Source: a virus (lineage: Duplodnaviria; Caudoviricetes). From it: a stretch of 64,000 nucleotides of DNA. Positions within the stretch are counted from its first letter, which is position 1, and each line of letters begins with the position of its first letter. The notes below the pieces were generated by a model that worked only from the letters and a program-made list of their open reading frames with translations, had not been told where the DNA came from and searched no databases. The DNA lies in IMG/VR virus record IMGVR_UViG_3300031867_000010, positions 1-64,000 of that record; one strand, written 5' to 3'. Positions 10,501 to 20,085 of the stretch are shown here, piece by piece. A program made the position numbers and the translations under genes.

Positions 10501-13500
10501 TTCTATAATAGGTGCTGTGCTTGGAAGTACTGTGAGAGATGGAATTATAGCTAAAGTTCTCGGTGGTGGTTTTCTTGCTCATATGGTTGGTGGACCCGTA
10601 GCCGGTGCAATACTCGGTGGAGCAACAATGATGGTTAAAAACTCTAACGCATTTAATGAGTTTTTGTATGGTAAAGAAATTGAAGAGCTTGATGAAAATG
10701 GTAATACGAGAAAAAAAGTTATTGGTGGTATCTTAAATGGATTCCAAAAAGTTATGGGAAGGAATGGAATTGCAACTAATGATGAAGGTGCTATGAAAGA
10801 CAATGCAAGACGTATTGCTGGAATGAGTGCTGTTGCTACTGGTGGTGGCTTGCTTCTTGGTATGTTTACTCCTCTTGGACCTGTTGGTGGAGCAATACTT
10901 GGTCTTTCAAGTACAATACTTGCATCTAAAGATAAGTTTCATGATTTACTTTTTGGAAATAAAGAAGATAAATCAGGTGGTAATCATGGTTTATTAAATC
11001 AATTAAAAGCATTGATTGCTGCTAAAGTAGTAAATCCTATGGGAATGCATTTAAAGAATGCACTGGAAGATATAAATGATGCTCTTCTTGATAAAATACT
11101 AGATCCTTTACAAAACTTAATTGGACCAGCATTTGGTTGGGTAACAAGTGTCAAAGATAGAGTACTTGATTTATTTGAAGATTCCTTTGACACTATTAAA
11201 GAGGGGTTTATGAAACTTCCAAAAACTATCACAAATGGTTTTACTTCTTTACTTGGTAAAGCAATGAAACATCTTTTTGGAGATGGCTTAACTAAAAAGG
11301 TTGCTAATGTTGTAACATCAGTACCTGGTGCTGTGGCTAATGGTGTAGGAAATCTTTTTAGATGGAGAAATAAAAGTAATTCTTTAAAACGATGGAGAAG
11401 TGATAGATTTAGGAATGATGAAAGAAATAGAGAAGTTTTAGAAAAAGCTCAAAAAACTTGGGACGATGAATGGAACGCTATGTCCGATGAAGAAAAAGAT
11501 GAATGGGGTTCATATGAAGAATTTATCGAAACAAGAGATAGAGAAATGGGTGAAAATTATTTCTATAATAGTGGTGATGATAGAGCAACAAAGCTTGCAT
11601 TACGTACTGAAAGAAATAAACAAAAGAAAGAAAAAAGAAAAGCTAAACAAAGAGAATCTGATACATCATCTCTTATAGCAACATTGACTGGTGGTAAGTA
11701 CACAGAAGTTACTGAGGAAAATAAAAAGAAAGCTTTAGCTGAATATAAAAAAAGTAGAAAATATAGAAATGGTAGAGGTGTTGGAGGATTCAAAGGTTCT
11801 GAAGTTTTAGAGTTACTTAGTGAAAATCCTGATGCTGATAATAGTACTACAAAAGCTGTATCTGACGTTATAAAGGATGCTGTTGATATGACTCCAGTAG
11901 AGCATGCCTCAAATGGAATCAAGAATATTATAAGTTTCTTAACTGGTGCTCCAATAGCTGGTGCTGAAGCTTTAGGTGATATTGGTAATGGTGCTAAAAA
12001 CTTGACTGAAGTTATCGTTGATGCTATGAGAAAAGTACATCAAGAAGCACTTGACACAAAACAATCTGCATCTGATAGAACACAAGAATTTCAAAAAAAT
12101 CTAGCACAAGAACAACGAGAAAATGAAAGAAATAAAATCGCTCAAAACTATGTTGAACAACAAGAAAGACTTAGAGAATGGTCTGGTCACGGAGACTTTA
12201 CCGATGAAGAACGTGAACAACTTGCTGAAGATGCTCAAAGAGTAGGAGAATATGAAACTAGAAATAAAAAGTATAGTGCTCCAACATTTGAAGGTGGTGC
12301 TCATATAAAAAAGAAATTTTATAGAGTTCCTATATTTGGTAAGATGTTTGATAGATGGAGTTACGAAAAGCATTTCAAAAGAGCTACAAGAACTGCTAGA
12401 AGAAGAAAAGCTTTTGGTAGAAGCTTAACAAATGGATTTGATTCGGAAGGTCGTAAAAGAGAAATTGAACTTGCCGATAAAATTGCTAACTCATATGGTA
12501 GAGAAAGAGCTGGATATATTAATGAGTTTAATGATCTTGTAGATGAACTTAAAGGAGATAGACAGGCATATATTGAAGATTTAAATGAAAGACAAGGTAA
12601 TTTAAATGCTGATATCAGACGCTTAATTTCACCAAGAAGAATCTTTAATAAATACAAACCTATATTTAGTCCTGAAGATAGAAGTACAAATATAAGAGAC
12701 TCTGATATAACTAGAGATGATATTATCAACGATGTATCAAATGCTGCTGATGCCTTGTTAAATCATGCTGCTAGAGAAGAGCAAGCGAACGCTCTTAGAG
12801 AACAAGCAGAACGTGAAGTACAAGGTGAAAATGAAGGTGGTAATGGCTCTGGAAAAATGTCAGTTTCTGAAGCTTTACGAAGAACTGGTGGTAGAGGGTA
12901 TGCTACAGGAAGTGAACATACCAAAGAAGGAGCTGCTGTTGTTGGAGAAAATGGTCCTGAGATAGTTCAATTTAGAGATGGAGACCGTGTTATTCCGAAT
13001 AAGCCACATTCATTAATTGATGTTAATGTAGTAAGTTTTGATAGAAGTGCTACAGAAGATATTCATTCTATTCCTACTAATGTAAATATCGTAGGTCAGG
13101 ATGGTCTTATCACTACATACAGTACTGGAGCTTCTCTTGGAGATAATACTGATAGCTCTTCTAAAATAGAAAAAGATCTTTCTACTTCAAATTCTCTCGT
13201 AAGTTATGAAGACGTTAAAAAAGATAATAAAGACGAGATGATTGAGGGTAAAGCAACCTTAATTAGTGAGCGTAAAGAAAATATACTTGATAAACTATTT
13301 TCCTTCGTAAGTGGAAATGGTGGTATTGGTGGACTTATAAAAAATATAGGACTTATAGGTGGAGCTGCTGCATTATTAGTCCCATTCTTAAAAAATGGAG
13401 GTCTTAGTAAAATACTATCAACATTTTCAGGTCAAGGCAGAACTATGAAAATGATGTTTGAAAATGATGCTTACGATGGTGGTGTTGATTTCCAAACTAA

Positions 13501-16500
13501 TTTAAAAAATCAATTAGAAGATTGGGCAAATCCATTAAATAGTGAACATGAAAATGTGGATACGTCTAATAAGGCATTATTCAACTTCGCTCGTGGTAGA
13601 TTAAATAATTTCTTAAATGGTAAAGCAGGAAAAACAGGATTAGTTAATGGACTTAAAAAATCATCGATAAGACTTGGTGAATCCGCATCAAGAAGACTTG
13701 GTGTTGATGTTGCTGAAACTGCGGTTAAAAATGGTGCTAAGAATGCTGCTAAAACTGTTGCTAAAGGAAGTGCAGAAGCTGCTACTAAAAGTAAAAAATC
13801 ATTACTTAAAACTATTTTTGGCGGTATTAAAAAAGCCTTTAAGATGGTTATTGAAAAAGTAACCAAAAAAGGAGGAAAGGCTGGAGAAATCCTTGGTAAG
13901 ATAGTTTCAAAACTTGATGCTGCTGAAAAGAAAATAGGTGAAGGACTTATAGGACCTCTTAAAAATAAAATAAATACTCTTCTTGGAAAAGCTGCTGAGA
14001 AATTGGGACTTTCTGCTGGATTTCTTGCATCTGGTCCACTTGGTTGGGTAGCTGGTTTAGTTAAGGATGCACCTTTTGTAGCAATAGCTGCATTAGATAA
14101 TTCTGGAAAAGAGGGTGCTGCTAGATTATTCAGATGCGATAAATCTATCGTTGATGGTAAGATGAGAGCCATTGCAGCTGCTATCAGAGGTCTTGCTGCA
14201 ACTACATGGGGTTCTGTCATTGATTTGATTTCTGAAATAATAGTTGCTGTTTGTGGATTTGATTTATTATCGTTTGCAGCCACGGCTATATATAAAGGAA
14301 TGAGTGACGAAGAATCTGGAAAGAAATTAGACGAAAGTCAGGCTATGCATGAAGAAGAGTATGAAAAATATAAAGAGGAAGCATTAAAAAATGAATATGA
14401 AAATTATTTAGATGAGAATGAAATTGACCCAAGTCAATTAAGTTTTGAGCAATACAAAAATCTTGTAAAAACTGGCGAAATTAGTGCTGATGTACTCGGT
14501 TATACAGAATGGAACCAGGAAGAGAACAAAACAGTCACTAATAAAATATGGGACAAAATAACTGGTAAAAGTAAAATTGCCAAAACATACGATAAGTATA
14601 AATCAATAAAAGAAGGAGAGGCTATTGTTGAGAATACTGCAAAAGAAGATGCTTTAGCACAAGCCATTAAAACTGTTCCTGTAACAGGTGGAAATGGTGG
14701 TGGATTTGGAACTTCTTTAAGAAAATCAACAAGATCATCTTTCTCTTTAAAATATGGAAAAACAAATTCAAATATCAATATAGATCTTTCTACACAAGTT
14801 GGAAATACTGTAGGAGCATTTACCAATGAGACTGATGCTGACATGAAAGAAGCTACAGATTCCTTCAAGAAAGGTGTTGAAAAACTTAATAACAAATTAA
14901 CCGATAAGCTAGACTTTAAGAATATCAAAGAATGGTATAAAAACGATGAAATAAAATTATCTAAAAATAATCAAATGGGGTCAATGCTTAAATCAATATT
15001 AAGTATTTCAAAGCACATGATGTTCCCAGTTGCTATGTTAAAATCTGGTACTAATAAAATCACAGAAGCGTTGAAAAATGTTTTATCAAGTTCAACAGAT
15101 GTTGGTACAACAACTTTAAACTATATCAAAACACTTTTATCTTATGAAGACCCTACCAAAAACTGGTCATCATTTAAAAGTGAAAAGATGACTGGTTCTG
15201 ATAAAAATGTAGTGTTTAAGTTAGTTGAACAACCAATTAAAAATGTACTTGGCATATACGTTGGAATAAAACGTGGTGTAAATAAATTAAAGAATTTTAT
15301 AAACGACAAATTTAAAGGATTTGGAGTATCTCAAATTAAAGATATTTCTGATAATTTATTCGATGATGCGACCACATCAACAACTTCTACTGCTAGTACC
15401 AATGGTGGAAATGGTGGATACGGTGGTGTTCCATTCTTTTCACAAAAAGATCCTAGATGGGCTAATAGACAGTATGAAGAAGGAGGTTCTGGAGATACAT
15501 TATCTAACGCTGGTTGTGGACCTACAGCATTTGCTATGGCTGCAAGTGGAAGTGGTGTTGATATAGATCCAGTTCAATCAGCTAAACTTATGCAAAATAT
15601 TGGTGCTAGAGATGATACTGGTACTAACTGGAATGGTATAAGTGAAGGTGCTAATGCTCTTGGTATTAGTACATCTATGAGAAGAAAACCTTCTGAGAAC
15701 TTTGTAGACTCACAGCTTATGTCTGGAAAGCCTGTAATATTATCTGGTAAGACTGGTGGATATGGAGGAACTCCTTATACACCTCAAGGTCATTATGTTG
15801 TTGCTACTGGAATGGATAGTAATGGTAATTATATAATTAATGACCCTAATAAAAAAGATGGTCCTAGGAAATACTCAAAAGACTCTATTATAAAAGAAAC
15901 AGGTGCTGCTTGGGGATTTGGTGGAAGAGGCGGTGGAAAACGTCGTGATGTTACAGAATCCCAAGAGACACAATCTGAAAATTCTGCTACACTAAATATA
16001 TCTGTAAAAAATGGTGTAACGGCAGATGATGTTATTAAAATTGCTAAAAACGAAGTTGGTTATCAAGAGAAAAACTCAACTAAAGACCTTTATCAGAAAG
16101 GTGGTTCAGATACTGGTAGTGGAAACTACACAAAATACGCAGTTGAACTTGGTCAACCAAATGGTAATTATTGGTGTGCAAGTTTTGTATCATGGGTATT
16201 TTACAAGGCAGCAAACAATAGTGCAAATATTGCAAATGCTGTTATGTGTGGTGGATTATCACCATCTTGTGAGAATATTAGAACTGCTTTTAGATCTGCT
16301 AAAAGATATATTACGACTGATCCAAAACCTGGTGATATTGTATTCTTCCAGACAAAAACTCCAGGGCAATGTAATCATGTTGGTATTGTATATGCTAATG
16401 ATGGAAGTAAGATTTATACTATTGAGGGTAATTCATCAAATTCTGTTAGAGATAGAAATTATGATTTGTCGTCATCTAAAATACTTGGTTATGGCAGACC

Positions 16501-17830
16501 GATGTATGATACTAACTCAAGTTTTAATGGAATGAATAGTAGTAGTTTTTCATCTGAATCTCAAACTTCATATAACGATTCATCTGCATATTCGACAGGA
16601 AATAGTAGTTTTGATGCTTTGTCCGCAATAGGTTCATTATTTAGTGAACTTGCAAGTAGAGCTGTGAATGGTCTTTTAACCGGTAATTACAATACCGATT
16701 GGACAGATTTTAAAAATTCATTGCGTGGTGATAATACATCTAGCACAACAGCTACTACAAATACTTCAACTAATAATACTACTACAAATACAACAGATAA
16801 CTCATCCACTTCATCTGGAAATATTACAGCGGCTAGTGTTGCTACTGGAAGTGGATATGAAGCTGCCATGTGGAAATATCTAAAATCTCAAGGAATGACT
16901 GATGCTGGTGCCGCAGCTGTAATGGGTAATATGCAAGCTGAATCATCATTAAATCCTCATGACCTTGAAAGTGATAGTACACCAGCTAAGAAATATAAAT
17001 ATACTGATGAGTCATATACTCAAGCTGTCGATGATGGTAGTTATACTAAAGACAAATTCATGCATGACGCTGCTGGATATGGACTTGTCCAATGGACATA
17101 TAAGACACGAAAGAAAGGCTTGTATGAATTAGCTAAGGAAAATAATGTATCTATAGGTGATGATGGATTACAAAAAACTTATATGATGGAAGAACTTAAA
17201 GGTTATCCAAAATTGCTTAAAGATTTAAAATCTTCTAATGATATTAGAGGACTCACAACTTCATTCTTACTTGATTATGAGAATCCTGCTGATGAAAATA
17301 AAACACCTGCTGCACAGAATAAACGTACTTCTTATTCGCAATCATTTTATAATAAGTATGCTGGAAACAATGGTGGTTATGGAGAAAATGATAAAGAAGA
17401 TAGTAATGATGAAGTATCGGCTGCTGAATTAGAAGATATTAAGAAAGATTTGTTTGATACTAAATTTGAAACTCTTAAGAGAGAAGCTAAGAAAAATGGT
17501 GGTTATGGTAGTGAAATATCTTCAACATCAATGAATATTTCATTAGATAAGTTAAAGAATAGTCGTGTTAATACAACTACAAGCAATAATAATTTACTAA
17601 ATATTGCCAAGTATCTTGAAAAGATTGTAGAATTACTAGGTATTTCATCTGATAAACTTGACTTGCTTGAAAAGCTTGATGATATAAAAGATATTACTCC
17701 TATAACATACAATAATCTTACAGCAAATAGTATAAATCCCACAAAGACAGTTTCATCAGGTAATAAGGTATCTAAGATAACTGAATCAAGATATAAAACT
17801 GCTCAAAAAATTGCTAGTGGTGGGTTATAA
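7556..17830 (+). CDS. Giant tape-measure / tail-associated lytic protein (C39-like peptidase, CHAP and phage tail lysozyme domains)
   Basis: Gly-rich hydrophobic segments and a TMP-type GYATG...VGENGPE motif. C39-like FSQKDPRW/GCGPT/GHYVV/INDP at ~15430-15920, CHAP WCASFV/PGDIVFF/HVGIV/IEGN at ~16020-16505, lysozyme GNMQAES/GYGLVQWT at ~16850-17365. Start at 7556 follows an AAGGAG RBS. Confidence 0.85.
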   Translation: MAVKKENPDKLVTKKKNTKLNTQWLKNATKSIGTIAADSISSLVPNLYTTTTTAAQLTRNLRQLRRNQGSIRSSLEKNQYIKFGKTFIKNSLQDLKSGKLYNESRDSFGGGDDEESTATYFGGDEENNEEGSSESPQINVNLNPEGFNNVSNSINKLSEIQLQSTKANIDAMVTTSSTALAMHQKNADAIISHLSNINNGIEALVKFTNENMNKFIETSNAYYEATGKAFDEKTERKEGTKASLVKENGILNTENFLGFLKKSFKENFEATAPGQLLNTISSAKDQLEANPIGTALSLIISTFMPDNIKNPLKKLDTQFGQLLTSSIMKASSKLRNNSQEGILGSVMTFLGDTLNITPSRKNTVDDKEIDTSAAVYDKISRTALVNEIPKYLRESTSYLKQLVLLNGGDPDKAISKSEILNRSTGKYESYDSFRKNIMGEIMSYTTGAFNNSDFSKDLYKAMSIFEKDSEKEDYENIINKLFLELEKSNIDIIDETNISSIIGSLKGTDLSKKVLQNAIENTFNNGSSLSINPLRIKSRNNRNKIITRLEDEAGFNFADLVPEGQNIDDAMSSILYGTNDDATAIHTIHPNSVMGKLKSIEDILLRGINVKVMHGAPFPSTVLGSTDNSTQTTGNTQQGSTTGSGIWIPNSNQPSSNTDATTNSDNNRQSMESLSDEELSRRILEATGGAEEEPANDENVKRKGYKFFDNGYGHVSNMMKFAFAGKFGLVGNEFNSMMGDSFSNLGIKLKDNILIPTKNAIFGEKKDGVYKNGIMPDFANAFVDMKNSFLHMWDGRKYKKTNGEEVDESDKEESITDRIKNVFSNLKDDTKKFFFGEEGDNTKDATRGVLGAGADIIREGFDHWRNALFGEDSDPDEIRKDIANKVKERLPDTIIGAGAGAILTSSFGGLLGDIIGGPGLGLILGGLTGYAKKSEGFQRFLFGEEQEMIDEDGNPVKIRDGGLISKATRDFFKKNKTEIGAGSIIGAVLGSTVRDGIIAKVLGGGFLAHMVGGPVAGAILGGATMMVKNSNAFNEFLYGKEIEELDENGNTRKKVIGGILNGFQKVMGRNGIATNDEGAMKDNARRIAGMSAVATGGGLLLGMFTPLGPVGGAILGLSSTILASKDKFHDLLFGNKEDKSGGNHGLLNQLKALIAAKVVNPMGMHLKNALEDINDALLDKILDPLQNLIGPAFGWVTSVKDRVLDLFEDSFDTIKEGFMKLPKTITNGFTSLLGKAMKHLFGDGLTKKVANVVTSVPGAVANGVGNLFRWRNKSNSLKRWRSDRFRNDERNREVLEKAQKTWDDEWNAMSDEEKDEWGSYEEFIETRDREMGENYFYNSGDDRATKLALRTERNKQKKEKRKAKQRESDTSSLIATLTGGKYTEVTEENKKKALAEYKKSRKYRNGRGVGGFKGSEVLELLSENPDADNSTTKAVSDVIKDAVDMTPVEHASNGIKNIISFLTGAPIAGAEALGDIGNGAKNLTEVIVDAMRKVHQEALDTKQSASDRTQEFQKNLAQEQRENERNKIAQNYVEQQERLREWSGHGDFTDEEREQLAEDAQRVGEYETRNKKYSAPTFEGGAHIKKKFYRVPIFGKMFDRWSYEKHFKRATRTARRRKAFGRSLTNGFDSEGRKREIELADKIANSYGRERAGYINEFNDLVDELKGDRQAYIEDLNERQGNLNADIRRLISPRRIFNKYKPIFSPEDRSTNIRDSDITRDDIINDVSNAADALLNHAAREEQANALREQAEREVQGENEGGNGSGKMSVSEALRRTGGRGYATGSEHTKEGAAVVGENGPEIVQFRDGDRVIPNKPHSLIDVNVVSFDRSATEDIHSIPTNVNIVGQDGLITTYSTGASLGDNTDSSSKIEKDLSTSNSLVSYEDVKKDNKDEMIEGKATLISERKENILDKLFSFVSGNGGIGGLIKNIGLIGGAAALLVPFLKNGGLSKILSTFSGQGRTMKMMFENDAYDGGVDFQTNLKNQLEDWANPLNSEHENVDTSNKALFNFARGRLNNFLNGKAGKTGLVNGLKKSSIRLGESASRRLGVDVAETAVKNGAKNAAKTVAKGSAEAATKSKKSLLKTIFGGIKKAFKMVIEKVTKKGGKAGEILGKIVSKLDAAEKKIGEGLIGPLKNKINTLLGKAAEKLGLSAGFLASGPLGWVAGLVKDAPFVAIAALDNSGKEGAARLFRCDKSIVDGKMRAIAAAIRGLAATTWGSVIDLISEIIVAVCGFDLLSFAATAIYKGMSDEESGKKLDESQAMHEEEYEKYKEEALKNEYENYLDENEIDPSQLSFEQYKNLVKTGEISADVLGYTEWNQEENKTVTNKIWDKITGKSKIAKTYDKYKSIKEGEAIVENTAKEDALAQAIKTVPVTGGNGGGFGTSLRKSTRSSFSLKYGKTNSNINIDLSTQVGNTVGAFTNETDADMKEATDSFKKGVEKLNNKLTDKLDFKNIKEWYKNDEIKLSKNNQMGSMLKSILSISKHMMFPVAMLKSGTNKITEALKNVLSSSTDVGTTTLNYIKTLLSYEDPTKNWSSFKSEKMTGSDKNVVFKLVEQPIKNVLGIYVGIKRGVNKLKNFINDKFKGFGVSQIKDISDNLFDDATTSTTSTASTNGGNGGYGGVPFFSQKDPRWANRQYEEGGSGDTLSNAGCGPTAFAMAASGSGVDIDPVQSAKLMQNIGARDDTGTNWNGISEGANALGISTSMRRKPSENFVDSQLMSGKPVILSGKTGGYGGTPYTPQGHYVVATGMDSNGNYIINDPNKKDGPRKYSKDSIIKETGAAWGFGGRGGGKRRDVTESQETQSENSATLNISVKNGVTADDVIKIAKNEVGYQEKNSTKDLYQKGGSDTGSGNYTKYAVELGQPNGNYWCASFVSWVFYKAANNSANIANAVMCGGLSPSCENIRTAFRSAKRYITTDPKPGDIVFFQTKTPGQCNHVGIVYANDGSKIYTIEGNSSNSVRDRNYDLSSSKILGYGRPMYDTNSSFNGMNSSSFSSESQTSYNDSSAYSTGNSSFDALSAIGSLFSELASRAVNGLLTGNYNTDWTDFKNSLRGDNTSSTTATTNTSTNNTTTNTTDNSSTSSGNITAASVATGSGYEAAMWKYLKSQGMTDAGAAAVMGNMQAESSLNPHDLESDSTPAKKYKYTDESYTQAVDDGSYTKDKFMHDAAGYGLVQWTYKTRKKGLYELAKENNVSIGDDGLQKTYMMEELKGYPKLLKDLKSSNDIRGLTTSFLLDYENPADENKTPAAQNKRTSYSQSFYNKYAGNNGGYGENDKEDSNDEVSAAELEDIKKDLFDTKFETLKREAKKNGGYGSEISSTSMNISLDKLKNSRVNTTTSNNNLLNIAKYLEKIVELLGISSDKLDLLEKLDDIKDITPITYNNLTANSINPTKTVSSGNKVSKITESRYKTAQKIASGGL

Positions 17831-17843
17831 TTTTTGAACTAAC

Positions 17844-17882
17844 AAAACCATAAGGTATCATTTCGATACCTTATGGTTTTTT
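17844..17882 (+). terminator. Intrinsic terminator (16-bp stem), overlapping the late-promoter motif at 17841-17852
   Basis: AAAACCATAAGGTATC/GATACCTTATGGTTTT followed by a T run. Confidence 0.75.
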
Positions 17883-17901
17883 ATGAAAGGAGGAAAACTA
17901 A

Positions 17902-19440
17902 ATGCCTGAATATACTGGAAGTGAAGAAATACATTCTGGAGGTCAAAGTGCATTATCAACAACTAATACTTATGCTAATAGTATGCGTCTTTTTGGTTTG
18001 CCTTATCAATTTATAAGTACAACAGACCCTAGAATGCCAAATATATCAAGTAGTGTTGGTGTTAATTTTATGGACAAAATTATGTTACAAGCACCTGTTG
18101 CTACCATTATACCTGGGAAAGCTGTATATTTGCCAGGTGTTAAAAAGAGATATAGAGAAGGTATTGGAACTGCACTTATTGCTGCTGGTAACGGAAATGT
18201 TAGCCCACTTGCAAATATTGCAAGCACTAATCCTACAGAAAAATTAAGATATTATGATTTTCAAGAAGACTATACCAGTTATATGAAATATGTGAATGTA
18301 ATGTGTAGAACTGTAGCGGGATTCTTGGAACTAGAACAAACTATAAGTTCTGGCAATAATCAAACAGATTCATTTCAGTTTTATGATTGGAAAAATTATA
18401 GATGGAATAAACCTTATTACAGCACAGGAAGTGCGTGGCAAAATTTTAAGTATATAGTTAAATCTGGGGTATCTTTTATAAGAAATACACCAACGGCAAT
18501 GGCTAATATATTTAGATCCACTCCATCAGCAGTTCAATTAGATACTGTGCTAGATGCTATACCAAACGAGTACACAAGTAACTATGTACAATTTTATGTA
18601 GATCCTTCATCTGCTGCTACAGAGTCGATGAGCAATGCTTCACAGCAATCATTTATAAAAGGTGCTGTAGATACTGGTTCTGGAATGATGCGTGAAATAA
18701 ACTTTTTGTCAAATAGTGTAGGTACTGGAGTAATAACAAATGGAGCAGAATCATTGATGGAAAGTGTTCTCGATCCTCTTGGTGACGTTGTATCTCTTGG
18801 AGGTAACTGGGCATTTGGTAATATACTTAATAATATTTTCTCAGTAGGTACTCGTGTTATAAAAGGAGAAAATATTATATTACCAGATGTTTATCAAAGT
18901 TCTGAATATGGTGTTGATTATACTTTAGATATTCATCTTAGATCACCTTATGGAAATAAATTTTCAAGATTTATGGATGTTATAGTTCCATTACTTCATT
19001 TAATAGCTTTGTGTTTACCAAGACAAGCAACTTCAAATACGTATGGTTCACCTTTTTTAGTTAAGGTTCATTACCCTGGTGTATTTGATTGTAACTTAGG
19101 TCTTGTTGAATCATTGTCGATAAATATTCCAAGTAATGAAGATGCATGGAATAATGATGGATTACCTATGGAAGCTCACTGCCAACTTAGAATAAAAGAT
19201 CTTTACTCAGACCTTACAATGTCTCCTGCAAATGAACCAGCACTATTCCATAATAATACGAGTTTAATAAATTATCTTGCAACGTTATCTGGGTTATCAC
19301 TGATCGAACCTCAGACTACTACAAAGTTAGAAATGATATTAAACAACCTTACAGCGTCTATGAGAGATATTCCAGATAACGCAATGACTCTTGTATCAGA
19401 TGCTATTAATAGAGGATTATCGGGGATGTTAAGATTATGA
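17902..19440 (+). CDS. Putative baseplate/tail structural protein
   Basis: 512 aa, AGGAGG RBS, directly after the tape-measure gene, with a late motif upstream. Function inferred from context. Confidence 0.55.
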   Translation: MPEYTGSEEIHSGGQSALSTTNTYANSMRLFGLPYQFISTTDPRMPNISSSVGVNFMDKIMLQAPVATIIPGKAVYLPGVKKRYREGIGTALIAAGNGNVSPLANIASTNPTEKLRYYDFQEDYTSYMKYVNVMCRTVAGFLELEQTISSGNNQTDSFQFYDWKNYRWNKPYYSTGSAWQNFKYIVKSGVSFIRNTPTAMANIFRSTPSAVQLDTVLDAIPNEYTSNYVQFYVDPSSAATESMSNASQQSFIKGAVDTGSGMMREINFLSNSVGTGVITNGAESLMESVLDPLGDVVSLGGNWAFGNILNNIFSVGTRVIKGENIILPDVYQSSEYGVDYTLDIHLRSPYGNKFSRFMDVIVPLLHLIALCLPRQATSNTYGSPFLVKVHYPGVFDCNLGLVESLSINIPSNEDAWNNDGLPMEAHCQLRIKDLYSDLTMSPANEPALFHNNTSLINYLATLSGLSLIEPQTTTKLEMILNNLTASMRDIPDNAMTLVSDAINRGLSGMLRL

Positions 19441-20066
19441 AAAAGAATGAAAAAGATTATAAAGAAATATATGGAGATATATCAACCTCCGATACAAAAC
19501 GATTGGCAGATTTCTTGGTAAAATGTAAACTTCATAAATCTAAAAAAGATATATTCTCTGAAATAAAAAGAATAAATAATATAGAGTGGAATACTGAAAA
19601 ATTTATAATTTATCTTTTACCTAAAGCCACTCCAAGACCTAGGTCATTCAAAGGATCTTTCTTTTATGTCACGGGTGCTAATGATAACAAAAAAATGTTT
19701 AATAAAGCATTTAAAACATGGAACTGTGATATGATTTGTACACCCTGTAAATTTAAATGCACAAGTTATTTTCCAATACCAAGTTCACTTTCACCTATTG
19801 ACCAAATACTTGCAGAATTTGGATTTATAAGACCTATATCTAAACCAGATTTTGATAATATAGCAAAAACTTATTCTGATATGATACAAGGTTCATTATT
19901 ACTAGATGATGCATTAATAATAGAAGGTATATCTGAAAAATATTATTCTTGGAAACCAAGAATAGAAATATCAATAAGTTATATGAAATCATTCGATTCA
20001 GACTATAACAGAAAAAAGATAACTGGCAAGAAAACATTGAGTGAGAACAAATTATTTAATAACTAA
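19437..20066 (+). CDS. rusA: RusA-family Holliday junction resolvase
   Basis: PKATPRPR and KPDFDNIAK..SD......DD..I......KYYS.KPRIEI signature. Confidence 0.85.
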   Translation: MKKNEKDYKEIYGDISTSDTKRLADFLVKCKLHKSKKDIFSEIKRINNIEWNTEKFIIYLLPKATPRPRSFKGSFFYVTGANDNKKMFNKAFKTWNCDMICTPCKFKCTSYFPIPSSLSPIDQILAEFGFIRPISKPDFDNIAKTYSDMIQGSLLLDDALIIEGISEKYYSWKPRIEISISYMKSFDSDYNRKKITGKKTLSENKLFNN

Positions 20067-20085
20067 AGAAAGGAAGGAACATTAT

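Noticed and set aside
7538-17830. Many antisense and alternate-frame ORFs in the track (for example 13510-14283, 16026-16535, 3565-4014, 19-264)
   Set aside because: They are shadows of real genes or of the intron, with no RBS and biased composition
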